A stretch of DNA of 64,000 nt from Pseudomonadota bacterium (GCA_036687665.1 JAYYZZ010000003.1:268318-332317), one strand, 5' to 3'. Counted from the stretch's first letter, positions 11,166-21,653 are shown. Notes: a model not told the origin generated them from the letters alone. Program-made: numbers and translations.

Positions 11166-12425
11166 TTGAAAACAAAAAGTCTCGATGCGTGGTTAAGTTG
11201 GCAGCAGCAATTACATGCTAGCAGTATAGAGCTAGGGTTAGAACGTATCAGCAAGGTTGCTGAAAAACTGCAGCTCACATCCCCTCCTTTTCTTGTAATA
11301 ACAGTTGCAGGCACAAATGGCAAAGGCTCAAGCGTCGCAATGTTTGAATCTATTTTAAGCCGCGCTGGGTTCAAGGTAGGAGCCTACACTTCTCCTCATT
11401 TTTTAAAATATAACGAGAGAGTTAGAATAAAACAGTTACCAGTAAGTGATGATTTGCTATGCGAAGCTTTTGAGAAAGTAGAGTCATCAAGAGATAACAC
11501 AAGTTTGAGTTTTTTTGAATATGGAACTCTCGCTGCATTGTCAATATTTATAAAAGAGCGTGTCGAAATTGCAATCTTAGAAGTCGGGCTCGGGGGGCGT
11601 TTAGATGCCGTCAATGTTTTGGATAATGACTTATCAGTAATTACAAGTATAAGTCTAGACCATACAGACTGGTTGGGTGAAGACAGAGAAGCAATTGCTT
11701 ATGAAAAATCGGGAATCATGAGGCCCGGGAAACCTGCTGTATGTATAGATAGAAATCCACCGAAAACAATTGCTAATACTGCAAAAGAAAAGAACGCTAA
11801 CTTGTACCAAATTGGACAAGATTTTGATTTTAGACGTCAAAGCAAATCTTGGGTTTTCACGGATAATGATGGTTGTGAACATGAGTTTCCGTACCCAAGC
11901 ATTTCAGGAAGAGTGCAGCTGCATAATGCTTGTGGTGTCTTGATGGGTATAAAGCTTCTTCAACTTTCAAGAGAGGTAAAAAGAGACGCATATGTTGAAG
12001 GTCTTCAAAATATTAACATTTTAGGGCGTTTTCAGACTATAAAAGGTGACATAGAGACATTATTGGATATAGCGCATAACCAAGAGAGCGCTATGGTGCT
12101 ATCCGAGAATTTGTCTGAACTCAGAGAAAACAAAACACTTCATGCAGTTTTTGCTGTTTTGGCAGACAAGGATGTTGCTTCTATTTTAAATGAATTAGAT
12201 AGCCTATTTTGCAGCTGGCATATTTCTAAACCTGCAAATGCAAGAGGTTTGTCAGTAGAGGCATTATCAAATAATTTGAAAAAACGCCATATCAACGATG
12301 TGCATTCATATGCAACGGTCACCTCTGCATACCATGGCGCTCTTAATCTAGCCCAACGTGGAGAATCTGTTGTAGTTTTTGGCTCAGCTTTTACTGTAGC
12401 TGAGGTATTGTCTTTACACGTATAA
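11166..12425 (+). CDS. folC: bifunctional folylpolyglutamate synthase / dihydrofolate synthase
   Basis: 419 aa with a TTG start. P-loop VAGTNGKGS and Mur-ligase-family motifs. accD-folC-dedD-cvpA-purF order is conserved. Confidence 0.9.
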   Translation: MKTKSLDAWLSWQQQLHASSIELGLERISKVAEKLQLTSPPFLVITVAGTNGKGSSVAMFESILSRAGFKVGAYTSPHFLKYNERVRIKQLPVSDDLLCEAFEKVESSRDNTSLSFFEYGTLAALSIFIKERVEIAILEVGLGGRLDAVNVLDNDLSVITSISLDHTDWLGEDREAIAYEKSGIMRPGKPAVCIDRNPPKTIANTAKEKNANLYQIGQDFDFRRQSKSWVFTDNDGCEHEFPYPSISGRVQLHNACGVLMGIKLLQLSREVKRDAYVEGLQNINILGRFQTIKGDIETLLDIAHNQESAMVLSENLSELRENKTLHAVFAVLADKDVASILNELDSLFCSWHISKPANARGLSVEALSNNLKKRHINDVHSYATVTSAYHGALNLAQRGESVVVFGSAFTVAEVLSLHV

Positions 12426-12432
12426 TAAAAGT

Positions 12433-12960
12433 TTGAGGATGAGTAAATTTTTGAATCAGGAGCTAAAACTTCGACTTTTAGGCGCTGGCATTTTGATTGC
12501 GTTAGTTGTGATTTTTTTACCAATGTTCTTCAGCACAAATAACGTTGTTAAAGTAGACACAAAGAAAAAAATTTCAAAAAACACATTGCAGTTTATATAT
12601 GATGAGGCTGTAAGTAAAAATACAACGAAGCATGTTACTGTTAAAGAAAGCACTATAAGAAAAGTTGCCGATGATAGTGCTGAGGAGAATAATCAGAATC
12701 ATCATGAGGCTTGGATGATACAAGTCGCTAGTTTTAGTAATGAGAATAACGCCAACAAATTAAATAAATTATTGGATAAAATTGGTTTGCCAGCCTCAAA
12801 GGCACCTTTTAAATTGAAAGATAAAATTATGTATAGAATTGTCTTAGGCCCATATAAAAGTAAAAAAGCAGCAAAAACAGTAATAGAGGAAATGAAACGA
12901 AAACAAAAGTTACAAAGTTTGCAGGGTATGCGTATTTTTAAACATCAATTTAGCAAATAA
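12433..12960 (+). CDS. dedD: SPOR-domain cell-division protein (DedD-like)
   Basis: 175 aa. N-terminal TM anchor. C-terminal SPOR-like segment (WMIQVASFSNENNANKLNKLL...YRIVLGPYKSKKAAK). Conserved position between folC and cvpA. Confidence 0.7.
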   Translation: MRMSKFLNQELKLRLLGAGILIALVVIFLPMFFSTNNVVKVDTKKKISKNTLQFIYDEAVSKNTTKHVTVKESTIRKVADDSAEENNQNHHEAWMIQVASFSNENNANKLNKLLDKIGLPASKAPFKLKDKIMYRIVLGPYKSKKAAKTVIEEMKRKQKLQSLQGMRIFKHQFSK

Positions 12961-12966
12961 CAACAA

Positions 12967-13494
12967 ATGCCTTTTTTTGACATTGTTATAGTACTTATTC
13001 TTCTTGTTTCTGGGCTTGTCAGCGTAGCAAGAGGCTTTGCTAAGGAATTTGTTTCGTTAGCAACGTGGGTTATTGCGATATGGGCAGCAGTTACCTTGTC
13101 TGGAAATTTTGCTGACATGCTACCTCAATCTTTAGAGTCCATCCATTTTAGTGTTTTTGGGCATGATTTTGCTTTTAACAACCTCAAATTAGGCATTGCC
13201 TTTATCTTATTGATGGCAGTGGTTTTAATTACTGGTTTTTTTGTTAACAAGTTTTTTTCCAGGATAATGAGAACTGAAGTTTTGAGAAGTTTAGATAAGA
13301 TGCTCGGGTTTATCTTTGGTCTAGCACGTGGTGCGATTATTATAGTCATTGGTGTTATCATTGCTGGTCTTTCAGATTTACCAAGCCACGAACTATGGCA
13401 AGAGTCGCAGTTAATAGCCTATTTTGAAGTTCCAGCTTTATGGGTTATAAATTTGTTACCAGATAGATATATAGGGTCTTTTGTATACGGGTAG
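12967..13494 (+). CDS. cvpA: colicin V production protein CvpA (membrane)
   Basis: 175 aa. N-terminus [21 protein letters not shown] typical of CvpA. Multiple TM segments. Directly precedes purF. Confidence 0.85.
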   Translation: MPFFDIVIVLILLVSGLVSVARGFAKEFVSLATWVIAIWAAVTLSGNFADMLPQSLESIHFSVFGHDFAFNNLKLGIAFILLMAVVLITGFFVNKFFSRIMRTEVLRSLDKMLGFIFGLARGAIIIVIGVIIAGLSDLPSHELWQESQLIAYFEVPALWVINLLPDRYIGSFVYG

Positions 13495-13502
13495 TTATAA
13501 CT

Positions 13503-15026
13503 ATGTGCGGAATTATAGGTATTTTTAGCAGTAAACCTGTAAATCAGGATTTATATGACGGGTTGCTTGTATTGCAGCACCGGGGGCAAGATGCTGCCGG
13601 GATTGTAACATGCGACAACAATAATAAGCTTAGTGATCATAAGGGGATTGGTCTAGTCCGCGATGTGTTCCAGGCAGAACATATGGCCACATTAGTTGGT
13701 AATATGGGTATAGGCCATGTCCGTTATCCAACCGCAGGCACATCGAGCTGCGATGAAGCGCAACCATTCTATGTAAATTCTCCTTTTGGTATTTCTCTTG
13801 GCCATAATGGCAATTTAATAAATGCAGATGAACTAAAAAAAGAATTATTTTCACAAAATAAACAACACCTTAATACTGAATCCGATTCCGAGATTCTTTT
13901 GAATGTTTTTGCGCATGAACTCAGAAACCACATGAATACTAAAAAACAAGGTATGCAACTTGATGTCAAAAAACTTTTTGACGCAGTGAAAGCTGTTCAT
14001 GGGCGCTGCAGAGGTGCTTATGCAGCTATTGTCATGATAGCTGGGCAAGGTATTTTAGCATTTAGGGATGTTAATGGAGTTCGCCCGTTAGTTTATGGAT
14101 ACAAAGAAGGCAAGCAAGGAAAAGAGTATATGGTTGCATCCGAAAGCGTCGCGTTAGATATGTTGGGATTCAATCTCATAGATGATATACATCCAAGCGA
14201 GGCAATATTTATTGATGTAAATGGGAAATTACATAAGAGCAAATGTAGCGATAACCCAAAAAATGTTCCTTGCATATTTGAGTATGTGTATTTTTCTAGA
14301 CCTGATTCTTATATAAATAGGATTAATGTTCAAAAATCAAGAATGCGCATGGGCACGCAGTTGGGTAAAAAAATATTAAAAGAATGGCCTGAGCATGACA
14401 TTGATGTTGTTATACCAATACCAGACACGAGCAGAACAGCGGCGCTAGAAATGGCACGCATATTAAAGCTTGAATACCGGGAAGGGTTTATAAAGAACAG
14501 ATATATAGGAAGAACGTTTATTATGCCAGGGCAAAAAATGCGTAAAAAATCTGTAAAACAAAAGTTGAACCCTATAGGTCTTGAGTATAAAGGCAAGAAT
14601 GTTCTTTTAGTTGATGATTCAATAGTGCGCGGCACTACATCAAAAGAGTTGGTGCAGATGGCTAGAGATGCTGGGGCTAAAAAGGTTTATTTTGCTTCTG
14701 CTTCACCACCTGTGCGTTATCCAAATATACATGGCATAGACATGCCTGTTGCCTCAGAATTAATAGCACACGGGAAGACTATTGAACAAGTCTGTGAAAA
14801 AATAGGCGCTGATAGGCTCATTTACCAAGATTTAGAAGATTTAATATCTGCGGTGAAAGCAGGGAACCCATTAATACAAGATTTTGAATGTTCCGTGTTC
14901 AATGGAGAGTATGTAACAGAGGTAGATAAAGAATATTTTGACAAATTAGCAAAACAAAGAAATGACGCAGCAAAACAAGAAGATGCAAAGAACAACAATA
15001 CCGCGAGTCTTTTTAAGACGGCTTAA
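13503..15026 (+). CDS. purF: amidophosphoribosyltransferase
   Basis: 507 aa. N-terminal MCGIIGI (Ntn Cys1). PRTase motif [13 protein letters not shown]. Confidence 0.94.
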   Translation: MCGIIGIFSSKPVNQDLYDGLLVLQHRGQDAAGIVTCDNNNKLSDHKGIGLVRDVFQAEHMATLVGNMGIGHVRYPTAGTSSCDEAQPFYVNSPFGISLGHNGNLINADELKKELFSQNKQHLNTESDSEILLNVFAHELRNHMNTKKQGMQLDVKKLFDAVKAVHGRCRGAYAAIVMIAGQGILAFRDVNGVRPLVYGYKEGKQGKEYMVASESVALDMLGFNLIDDIHPSEAIFIDVNGKLHKSKCSDNPKNVPCIFEYVYFSRPDSYINRINVQKSRMRMGTQLGKKILKEWPEHDIDVVIPIPDTSRTAALEMARILKLEYREGFIKNRYIGRTFIMPGQKMRKKSVKQKLNPIGLEYKGKNVLLVDDSIVRGTTSKELVQMARDAGAKKVYFASASPPVRYPNIHGIDMPVASELIAHGKTIEQVCEKIGADRLIYQDLEDLISAVKAGNPLIQDFECSVFNGEYVTEVDKEYFDKLAKQRNDAAKQEDAKNNNTASLFKTA

Positions 15027-15058
15027 GTTAATTTATTATTTCAGTATCGAATAAGCGC

Positions 15059-15613
15059 GTGTCAGCAAGAACACAAGATCAAAAAATTAGTCTTCTACAG
15101 GATGCTAAGAAAAATTTCTTAGAATGCGATTTTAACCCATCTATTTTAATTAGTGTTTCAGAGCAAACACTGTCGTTATTTCAAGCGGATAAATTACAAA
15201 ATTCTTATGCAATATCTACTTCCAAGCATGGAACAGGAGAAAAAGAAGGTAGTAAGCAAACACCACTTGGGTCCCATAAGGTCGCAGAGTTGATCGGGGA
15301 AGGTTGTCCTCCTAGAACAATTTTTAAGGCAAGAAAACCACAAGATCTATTGGCAGAAATCATTACAACACCACATGAATCTGCTGAAGAGCTTATAACC
15401 TCGCGAATAATTTGGCTAGAAGGATTAGAGTCAAATATAAACAAAGGAAGTGGCGTAGATTCATATCAGCGGTATATATATATTCACGGGACACATGAAG
15501 AAGGACTAATTGGAGTCCCTTCGTCTATAGGATGTATTAGAATGCGTAATGTAGATGTAATTGATTTATTTAACTGTATTCAAAAGAATACATTTGTTTT
15601 GATACTAGACTAG
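15059..15613 (+). CDS. YkuD/ErfK-family L,D-transpeptidase catalytic-domain protein, no evident signal peptide
   Basis: 184 aa with a GTG start. C-terminal YIHGTHEEGLIGVPSSIGCIRMRNVDVIDLF matches the L,D-transpeptidase catalytic His/Cys signature (HGT...S-x-GC-[IV]-R). N-terminus MSARTQDQKISLLQD is hydrophilic. Confidence 0.65.
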   Translation: MSARTQDQKISLLQDAKKNFLECDFNPSILISVSEQTLSLFQADKLQNSYAISTSKHGTGEKEGSKQTPLGSHKVAELIGEGCPPRTIFKARKPQDLLAEIITTPHESAEELITSRIIWLEGLESNINKGSGVDSYQRYIYIHGTHEEGLIGVPSSIGCIRMRNVDVIDLFNCIQKNTFVLILD

Positions 15614-15620
15614 GTTATAT

Positions 15621-16850
15621 GTGAATACTGAATCTCACGAAAAATTATTAATGATATTTAACGCTGGGTTAGACCGTGTTAGAGGAGAGAGTGCGGTTAG
15701 TAATTTTATTGCAAAAAAAGAATTTACTAAGCAGTATCAATTGATTTCGATAGGTAAAGCTGCATGTTCGATGGCTTTAGGCGCTTTAAGTAGCATGCAA
15801 GACAATATAAATGAAACTTTAGTAATTACAAAGAAAGGTCATATTGATTCAAGGTTGTCAAAGTTTCAACAGGTTACTTGCATAGAGTCAGATCACCCCA
15901 TACCCAGTACGTTAAGTATTCAGGCAGGTAAGTCGCTGATTGAATTTATTAATTCTTCTCCCAATGATCATGAATTTATGTTCTTAATTTCTGGAGGAGC
16001 TTCAAGTTTAGTTGAAGTTTTATCAGATGGGGTAGATTTATCACTTTTACAAAAACTTACAGATGAAATGTTAGCTTCAGGCTTGAACATTGCAGAAATG
16101 AACATGATTAGGCGTTCAATTTCAAAAATTAAAGGCGGGCGTTTGTTACACTACTTAAAAGGAAAAATTGTCTATAGTTTACTTATATCTGACGTGCCAA
16201 ATGACGACCCTGCTGTAATCGGCTCAGGATTATTAGCTAGGGTTGAAGACAAGAAATTCCCTAAAAATTTACCAGAACAAATTAAAAAAATACTTAGTAG
16301 CATGTCGCCTTCAGAATTACCTCCACAATCTGCATTTTCTGATGTTAAAAATATGATAATTGCGACATTGTCAGATGCAAAAAGCGCGGCAGCAGAAAAG
16401 GCAGAAGCGCTAGGGTATTCAGTGAAACTGCACACCCAATTTCTTGAAGGCAGTGCTACAGGTGTTGCAAAAAATCTCATAAAAACTTTGAGAAATTCTG
16501 GCCCAGGTATTCATATTTGGGGCGGGGAAACATCTGTTGTATTACCTAAAAATCCTGGAAGAGGTGGCCGTAATCAACACTTAGCATTATCTGCAGCAAT
16601 AGAGATTGGAAACGATAAGTCTATATGTTTATTGTCAGCAGGGACTGATGGTACTGATGGCCCAACTGAAGATTCAGGAGCTATTGTAGATTTCTCTACA
16701 ATTGAGAAGGGCTTACTCCTTAATATGGACCCAGCAGCACATCTAAATGCTGCAGATTCCGGGTCTTATTTAAATGCAACGGGTAACCTAATTACTACTG
16801 GTCCTACTGGGACCAATGTAATGGATTTAGTGATTGCACTTAAACATTAA
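15621..16850 (+). CDS. glycerate 2-kinase (MOFRL family, GckA/TtuD-like)
   Basis: 409 aa with a GTG start. MOFRL-family motifs: ISIGKAA...FLISGGASSL...GGETSVVLP..GRGGRNQHLALSAA...LSAGTDGTDGPT. Confidence 0.8.
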   Translation: MNTESHEKLLMIFNAGLDRVRGESAVSNFIAKKEFTKQYQLISIGKAACSMALGALSSMQDNINETLVITKKGHIDSRLSKFQQVTCIESDHPIPSTLSIQAGKSLIEFINSSPNDHEFMFLISGGASSLVEVLSDGVDLSLLQKLTDEMLASGLNIAEMNMIRRSISKIKGGRLLHYLKGKIVYSLLISDVPNDDPAVIGSGLLARVEDKKFPKNLPEQIKKILSSMSPSELPPQSAFSDVKNMIIATLSDAKSAAAEKAEALGYSVKLHTQFLEGSATGVAKNLIKTLRNSGPGIHIWGGETSVVLPKNPGRGGRNQHLALSAAIEIGNDKSICLLSAGTDGTDGPTEDSGAIVDFSTIEKGLLLNMDPAAHLNAADSGSYLNATGNLITTGPTGTNVMDLVIALKH

Positions 16851-17559
16851 TAATTTTAAAACCTTCTTGGCCATATGATAGTGCAGTGCTAGTTGCATAC
16901 CAATCACCCAAAACTATCCTTTTTGCATCTTTATTGTCTAGTGTAAATCTATGAATATCTGGCCGGTGTGTATGCCCATGTATTAGGTTATATGCATTGT
17001 ATTTTTGCATTGCAGCAATAACAGCGTCTTGGTTAACATCCATTATATACGCTGGTTTTTCACTAATAGCTTTCGCGCTTTGCTTCCTTAAATAATTTGC
17101 TACAGATAATCTTGTTTTTAAACTTAAAAATAAAAAAGATTTTTGAATTATTTTGTTTCGGGTTTTTTTTCTAAACTTTTGATATGAAATATCATCAATA
17201 CAGAGCGTATCTCCGTGCATTATTAGTGTTGGTTGTCCGAACAAATCAATAACTACATGTTCGTCTAAAATTTTACATTTTGTTATAGAGGAGAACTTCG
17301 AGGAAATCAAAAAATCACGATTTCCATGTATAAAATAGACAGGCACGTTTTTATCGTGTAAAGATGCTATAGCTTGTATCGCAGGTTGCATTTCCTCAGC
17401 AGGGTCATCATCACCTATCCAATATTCAAACAAATCGCCAAGGATATATAACTCATTCGCGTAGCTAGCTCTGTTTTTAATGAAACTAACAAACCTTTCA
17501 ACCATTTCTGGTCTTTGTTTGTCAAGATGTAAATCAGAAATAAATAAAACTTCTTCCAC
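16840..17559 (-). CDS. lpxH: UDP-2,3-diacylglucosamine pyrophosphohydrolase
   Basis: 239 aa. Calcineurin-like metallophosphoesterase motifs: LFISDLHL, GDLFEYWIGDD, HGNRDFL, HGHTHRP. Paired with a cyclophilin, as ppiB-lpxH in E. coli. Confidence 0.9.
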   Translation of the reverse strand: MEEVLFISDLHLDKQRPEMVERFVSFIKNRASYANELYILGDLFEYWIGDDDPAEEMQPAIQAIASLHDKNVPVYFIHGNRDFLISSKFSSITKCKILDEHVVIDLFGQPTLIMHGDTLCIDDISYQKFRKKTRNKIIQKSFLFLSLKTRLSVANYLRKQSAKAISEKPAYIMDVNQDAVIAAMQKYNAYNLIHGHTHRPDIHRFTLDNKDAKRIVLGDWYATSTALSYGQEGFKIINV

Positions 17560-18158
17560 TACTCGTCAATAATAGATACTTTTTCAATAATTATAGTTTC
17601 AACTGGAACGTCTTGATGCATGCCAGCATTACCTGTAGGCGTATTAACAATAGTATCAACTATATCCATACCTGAGGACACATTACCAAAAACGCAGTAA
17701 CCCCAGCCTTGCTCAGACTCAGAACTGTAATTTAAAAAATCATTATCATTCACATTAATGAAGAACTGAGCTGTAGCTGAATGGGGGTCAGTCGTTCGTG
17801 CCATTGCTATTGAGCCACGAGCATTTTTTAAGCCGTTGTTAGCTTCATTTTTTATTGGGTTAATAGTTTCTTTTTCGCTCATATCTTGATCAAAACCACC
17901 ACCTTGAATCATGAATCCTGGTATAACACGATGAAAAATAGTCCCAGCAAAGTGATTTTTTTCAATATAGGTCAAAAAGTTTTTGACTGTATTTGGAGAT
18001 TTATCAGGCAGAAGATCAATTTTTATCTCTCCTTTATTTGTTTTCATAGATATTTGTATTTTTTCTTCAGACATAGTGTGATTTTCTCCAAATAGTGCAA
18101 ACGGATATATAAATAAAATAGCTAACAGGATGATTCTTTTGCATGCTTGATTGATCAT
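17559..18158 (-). CDS. ppiB: peptidyl-prolyl cis-trans isomerase, cyclophilin type (PpiA/PpiB-like)
   Basis: Core [15 protein letters not shown]...ANNGLKN.RG..AMART...[10 protein letters not shown] is near-identical to E. coli PpiB/PpiA. The hydrophobic 28-aa N-terminal extension may be a signal peptide. Alternative start at 18074 (MSEEK...) would give a cytoplasmic 171-aa form. Confidence 0.88.
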   Translation of the reverse strand: MINQACKRIILLAILFIYPFALFGENHTMSEEKIQISMKTNKGEIKIDLLPDKSPNTVKNFLTYIEKNHFAGTIFHRVIPGFMIQGGGFDQDMSEKETINPIKNEANNGLKNARGSIAMARTTDPHSATAQFFINVNDNDFLNYSSESEQGWGYCVFGNVSSGMDIVDTIVNTPTGNAGMHQDVPVETIIIEKVSIIDE

Positions 18159-18299
18159 AACGTATTAAAGCTTAGCATGGACTAACTATTTGATCTAAAC
18201 TTACGTTAAAATCATTGATTCTTTTCAGTATACGTATTATTTTCTGCCTTGTGATCGACTTTAAAGTGAGCGATTATAGCGGCGTTTGGTCACCATCGT

Positions 18300-18376
18300 C
18301 GGGGTATAGCGCAGTCTGGTAGCGCATTCGCTTTGGGAGCGAAGGGTCGGGGGTTCAAATCCCTCTACCCCGACCA
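18300..18376 (+). tRNA. tRNA-Pro (anticodon TGG)
   Basis: Cloverleaf. Acceptor CGGGGTA/TACCCCG. Anticodon loop tttgGGa read as TGG. GTTCAAATCC T-loop. 3' ACCA. Confidence 0.85.
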
Positions 18377-18383
18377 ATAACAT

Positions 18384-18460
18384 GCGCCCGTAGCTCATCT
18401 GGATAGAGCATCGGCCTTCTAAGCCGAGGGTAGCAGGTTCGAATCCTGCCGGGCGCGCCA
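18384..18460 (+). tRNA. tRNA-Arg (anticodon TCT)
   Basis: Acceptor GCGCCCG/CGGGCGC + CCA. Anticodon loop cTTCTAa. Confidence 0.85.
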
Positions 18461-18496
18461 TATAAATTAAATTATGTATACTATTCAGAGTTCGAC

Positions 18497-18573
18497 GGTG
18501 AGCGTAGCTCAGTTGGTAGAGCGCAGGGTTGTGGTCCCTGTGGTCGTGGGTTCGATCCCCATCGCTCACCCCA
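18497..18573 (+). tRNA. tRNA-His (anticodon GTG)
   Basis: Extra 5' G(-1) typical of tRNA-His. Anticodon loop tTGTGGt. GGTTCGATCC T-arm. CCA encoded. Confidence 0.85.
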
Positions 18574-18578
18574 TTTTG

Positions 18579-18654
18579 GGGGGATTAGCTCAATTAGGTA
18601 GAGCATCGGACTCTTAATCCGCAGGTTGTCGGTTCGATTCCGACATCCCCCATC
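18579..18654 (+). tRNA. tRNA-Lys (anticodon CTT) (anticodon assignment less certain)
   Basis: Acceptor GGGGGAT/ATCCCCC. D-arm TAGCTCAATTAGGTAGAGC. Anticodon loop ctCTTaa. GGTTCGATTCC T-arm. CCA not clearly encoded. Confidence 0.7.
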
Positions 18655-18663
18655 ACTTGTCTA

Positions 18664-19206
18664 TTAAATTAGTTTAAAAATAATCGGTATTCTCAGTGAT
18701 GATTCTATAGCAGAATTGTTCCTAGTTGCAGGTAGAAATTTCCAATTTGTGACTGCTTCAATAGCCTCATTGTCGAGAATTTTATAACCAGAAGATTGAT
18801 GTATTTTTATCTGAGTAGGGTGTCCAGTTTTACTTATATTTACTTGCAGGGTAACTTTCCCTTCAATGTCATTTTTTTGAGCAAGCAGAGGGTAATGTGG
18901 AACGGTGTTTTTAAGTGATTTATCTTTATAACGGGCTTTTATGGTGGCATTTTGTGCGGTAATTTTTTTTATTTTTCGTGATTGAGGTGTAGTGCTGGAG
19001 CCGTTGCTTGGCTGTATTCTAGATATGTTCTGGGTTGGTTTGTTCGCTCTTTCTTCTGCACTGCTCCCTAAGCTAACTGTAATCAGATTCTTCTCGCCTG
19101 CTAAAATCGACTTAGAATTTGTGTAGGAATAGGAAGTATAAATACACAGGTGTATAAAAAATGAGATAAACAATGAAAGTTTCATATTGTGTATTTTTAT
19201 TAGCAT
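18664..19206 (-). CDS. secreted/anchored TonB C-terminal-domain protein
   Basis: 180 aa. N-terminal hydrophobic segment MKLSLFISFFIHLCIY (signal or anchor; alternative start 19185). C-terminal ~80 aa (YPLLAQKNDIEGKVTLQVNISKTGHPTQIKIHQSSGYKILDNEAIEAVTNWKFLP) fits the TonB_C fold signature (YP..A...EG.V.L.......G.......SSG...LD..A..AV..W.F.P). No proline-rich spacer or ExbD-interacting N-terminal region typical of true TonB. Confidence 0.6.
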   Translation of the reverse strand: MLIKIHNMKLSLFISFFIHLCIYTSYSYTNSKSILAGEKNLITVSLGSSAEERANKPTQNISRIQPSNGSSTTPQSRKIKKITAQNATIKARYKDKSLKNTVPHYPLLAQKNDIEGKVTLQVNISKTGHPTQIKIHQSSGYKILDNEAIEAVTNWKFLPATRNNSAIESSLRIPIIFKLI

Positions 19207-19212
19207 CTTTTT

Positions 19213-20145
19213 TTAAATTATTTTTCCTATAGCGTTGAATTTCCTTTTTCTCTGCTGTAGCTTGAGCGCATGTGAGTAGTAAAAAATTATACATAGTAAG
19301 GTTAACCATATTAGCGACATGTAACCGAGGACATGATCATAATCTCCCACTAAGTAACTATATTTATTATATGGCCATGGGGTTTGATCAGTAAAATGTT
19401 TTAGCATTTTTATAGAAAACACCAGCCCAGCATGAATGCCGATTGTGGTCACAATGCTTTTATAACGAACACGAATTAGGCTGAAAAGAACACCTAAAAC
19501 GAATAAGCAGGCATAGTCATCAATGCTTGTAGAATTAGGAATCAAGTTTGGCAATGCAGCCAAATATGCAGAAAACCCATCATTTAAGCTCATGAGAGTG
19601 TTTTCTGGCAGAGCTGGTGAAAAGAAATGCATCGACGCATAAAATATGCTACTTAGAAAAATTACGTTAGTTAAAGATTCTTTGTAGGGTCTATTTATGA
19701 GAATTCCTCTAAAAAATGTTTCTTCAAAAAAACCAATCAAGAAGCTACCGATAATTGCTGAAACGAGTGCTAGTGGAAACTCCGCTAAAATACGGTCCAT
19801 GTGCAAATCTAAGTAACGTATATTCATCACAAATAGCATAATAATTATAGGAGCAGCACAGGCTATCCCTATAAAAAAACACTGTATTAATTTCTTTATC
19901 GAGTCGGAGCCGTTGTCAACATATCCAATTCTTCTCCAATCAGATATGCCTAAAATTCGGAGCAGGGGGTATATAAGGCCAATAGCAAGTAAAAATGAAG
20001 TGTATTTTATGATACTTTCATTTGTGATGAGTTCACTACCTCCGACCAAGTTGATTATCGGCATACCAAGCAATGAGCCAATCATGAAAATCATAAGCAC
20101 ATATATGAAAAATACTATAACTATGTTCATAGAGTAATTGAGCAT
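19213..20145 (-). CDS. CPBP-family intramembrane metalloprotease (CAAX protease/Abi-like)
   Basis: 310 aa, polytopic membrane protein. All three CPBP motifs present: EExxxR (FFEETFFRG), FxxxH (FYASMHF), HxxxN/G (GIHAGLVF). 6-nt gap to the downstream TonB-C gene on the same strand, so a likely bicistronic operon. Confidence 0.7.
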   Translation of the reverse strand: MLNYSMNIVIVFFIYVLMIFMIGSLLGMPIINLVGGSELITNESIIKYTSFLLAIGLIYPLLRILGISDWRRIGYVDNGSDSIKKLIQCFFIGIACAAPIIIMLFVMNIRYLDLHMDRILAEFPLALVSAIIGSFLIGFFEETFFRGILINRPYKESLTNVIFLSSIFYASMHFFSPALPENTLMSLNDGFSAYLAALPNLIPNSTSIDDYACLFVLGVLFSLIRVRYKSIVTTIGIHAGLVFSIKMLKHFTDQTPWPYNKYSYLVGDYDHVLGYMSLIWLTLLCIIFYYSHALKLQQRKRKFNAIGKII

Positions 20146-20230
20146 CCTTTTTTAGATAGTATAAATTTTATCATTAGAGCCTTTTACAATAATATAGTTT
20201 TATCTTAAGTTATAATAATGCATCTATAGT

Positions 20231-20315
<85 letters not shown>

Positions 20316-20340
20316 TCATTTTCAAGTCAAGGATAAAAAA

Positions 20341-21651
20341 ATGCAAATTTCTGTAGCATCAATAAGCAAGCTAGAGCGCAAAATGTCAGTCACTGTGCCT
20401 GCAAAAAAAGTTGAGGAAGAGGTCAATAGTCGTCTCATTAGTTTGCAAAAAACATTTAAGATGCAAGGTTTTCGTGAAGGCAAAGTACCACTTAAAATTA
20501 TAAAACAAAAATTTAGCGTAAAGGTTGCGCAGGAAGTGATGGGTGATCTTATGCAGCAAACATATCAGCAAGCAATTCAGGAGAAAGAATTAAAACCCGT
20601 TACTGGCCCAACAATCACGCCAAAAGCTATAGAGGTGGGTAAAGACCTGAAGTATGAAGCCATTTTTGATGTTTATCCTGATTTTAAGACAAAAGGTGTT
20701 CATAAGATTAAAATTTCTGAACCAGAGACAGAAATCTCACAAAAAGATGTTGCGGATGTCGTCGAGAAATTATGCAAACAAAAGCGCCAATGGGATAAAA
20801 GTAGTGGTGCTGCAAAAAAAGGAAGCCAACTTGATATTAATTTTGAGGGTAAAATTGACGGCAATTTTTTTGAAGGCGGCCAGGCTGAAAACTTTACACT
20901 AGTAATCGGAGAAGGTGCTTTACTTGATGATTTTGAGTCTCAACTTATTGATTTAAAGAGGGGAGATGTAAAAAATATAGATGTTAAATTTCCAAAAGAT
21001 TATCACACAAAAAAGTTATCAGGGAAAAAAGCAACCTTTTCTGTAACAGTTAATAATGTTTACGAAGGCACAGCACCTACAGTCAATGAGTCATTTGTTA
21101 AGAGCTTAGGTATAGAAGATGGAAATATAGAAACATTACATGAGAATATAAAAAAAGGACTTGAAATGGAGAAAGCAAAGCTAATCAATAGATATAAAAA
21201 AGACCAAATTATGGAAGGTCTATTAAAGAATAATAAAATTGATATTCCAAAATCACTAATTGCACAAGAGATAAAATTAATGAAGCAGCAAGATATGCAA
21301 AACAACACCCATGCTGATGAAGAGGAATCTCCAGATTCTTTATTCCAAATTGATGCTGAGAAAAGAGTAAAGCTTGGGATGATTCTTGGCAAAATAATTG
21401 AAGAACAAAAAATTACCCTGGATCAAAAACGTGTACAAGATACGATACACAATATTGCAGGGAACTATAACGACCCACAACAAGTCATATCACATTATAA
21501 TGAAGACACTAAAGCCAAAGCTTCGATTGAAGCTGTCGTAATGGAAGAGCAGGTGGTAGAGTGGGCATTACAATTTGCCAAAAGTTCAACAAAAAAAATG
21601 ACTTTTAGTCAGCTGTCAGAGATAACAGAAAAGTTAGGAGTGAGGTCGTAA
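20341..21651 (+). CDS. tig: trigger factor
   Basis: 436 aa. N-terminal ribosome-binding domain with GFRxGxxP signature (QGFREGKVP). tig-clpP-clpX-lon order. Confidence 0.92.
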   Translation: MQISVASISKLERKMSVTVPAKKVEEEVNSRLISLQKTFKMQGFREGKVPLKIIKQKFSVKVAQEVMGDLMQQTYQQAIQEKELKPVTGPTITPKAIEVGKDLKYEAIFDVYPDFKTKGVHKIKISEPETEISQKDVADVVEKLCKQKRQWDKSSGAAKKGSQLDINFEGKIDGNFFEGGQAENFTLVIGEGALLDDFESQLIDLKRGDVKNIDVKFPKDYHTKKLSGKKATFSVTVNNVYEGTAPTVNESFVKSLGIEDGNIETLHENIKKGLEMEKAKLINRYKKDQIMEGLLKNNKIDIPKSLIAQEIKLMKQQDMQNNTHADEEESPDSLFQIDAEKRVKLGMILGKIIEEQKITLDQKRVQDTIHNIAGNYNDPQQVISHYNEDTKAKASIEAVVMEEQVVEWALQFAKSSTKKMTFSQLSEITEKLGVRS

Positions 21652-21653
21652 GA

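Noticed and set aside
12140-12523. 127-aa minus-strand ORF overlapping the folC 3' end and dedD start
   Set aside because: Antisense to two well-supported genes. No family resemblance.
18261-18569. 102-aa minus-strand ORF from the six-frame track
   Set aside because: Lies across the tRNA-Pro/Arg/His genes; an artefact of GC-rich tRNA sequence.
20158-20180. Fur-box-like sequence in the CPBP/TonB-C operon promoter, considered as a separate feature
   Set aside because: Only ~11/17 matches to the Fur consensus in an AT-rich background, where such matches arise by chance. Mentioned inside the CPBP/TonB-C finding as a testable idea, not called as a feature.
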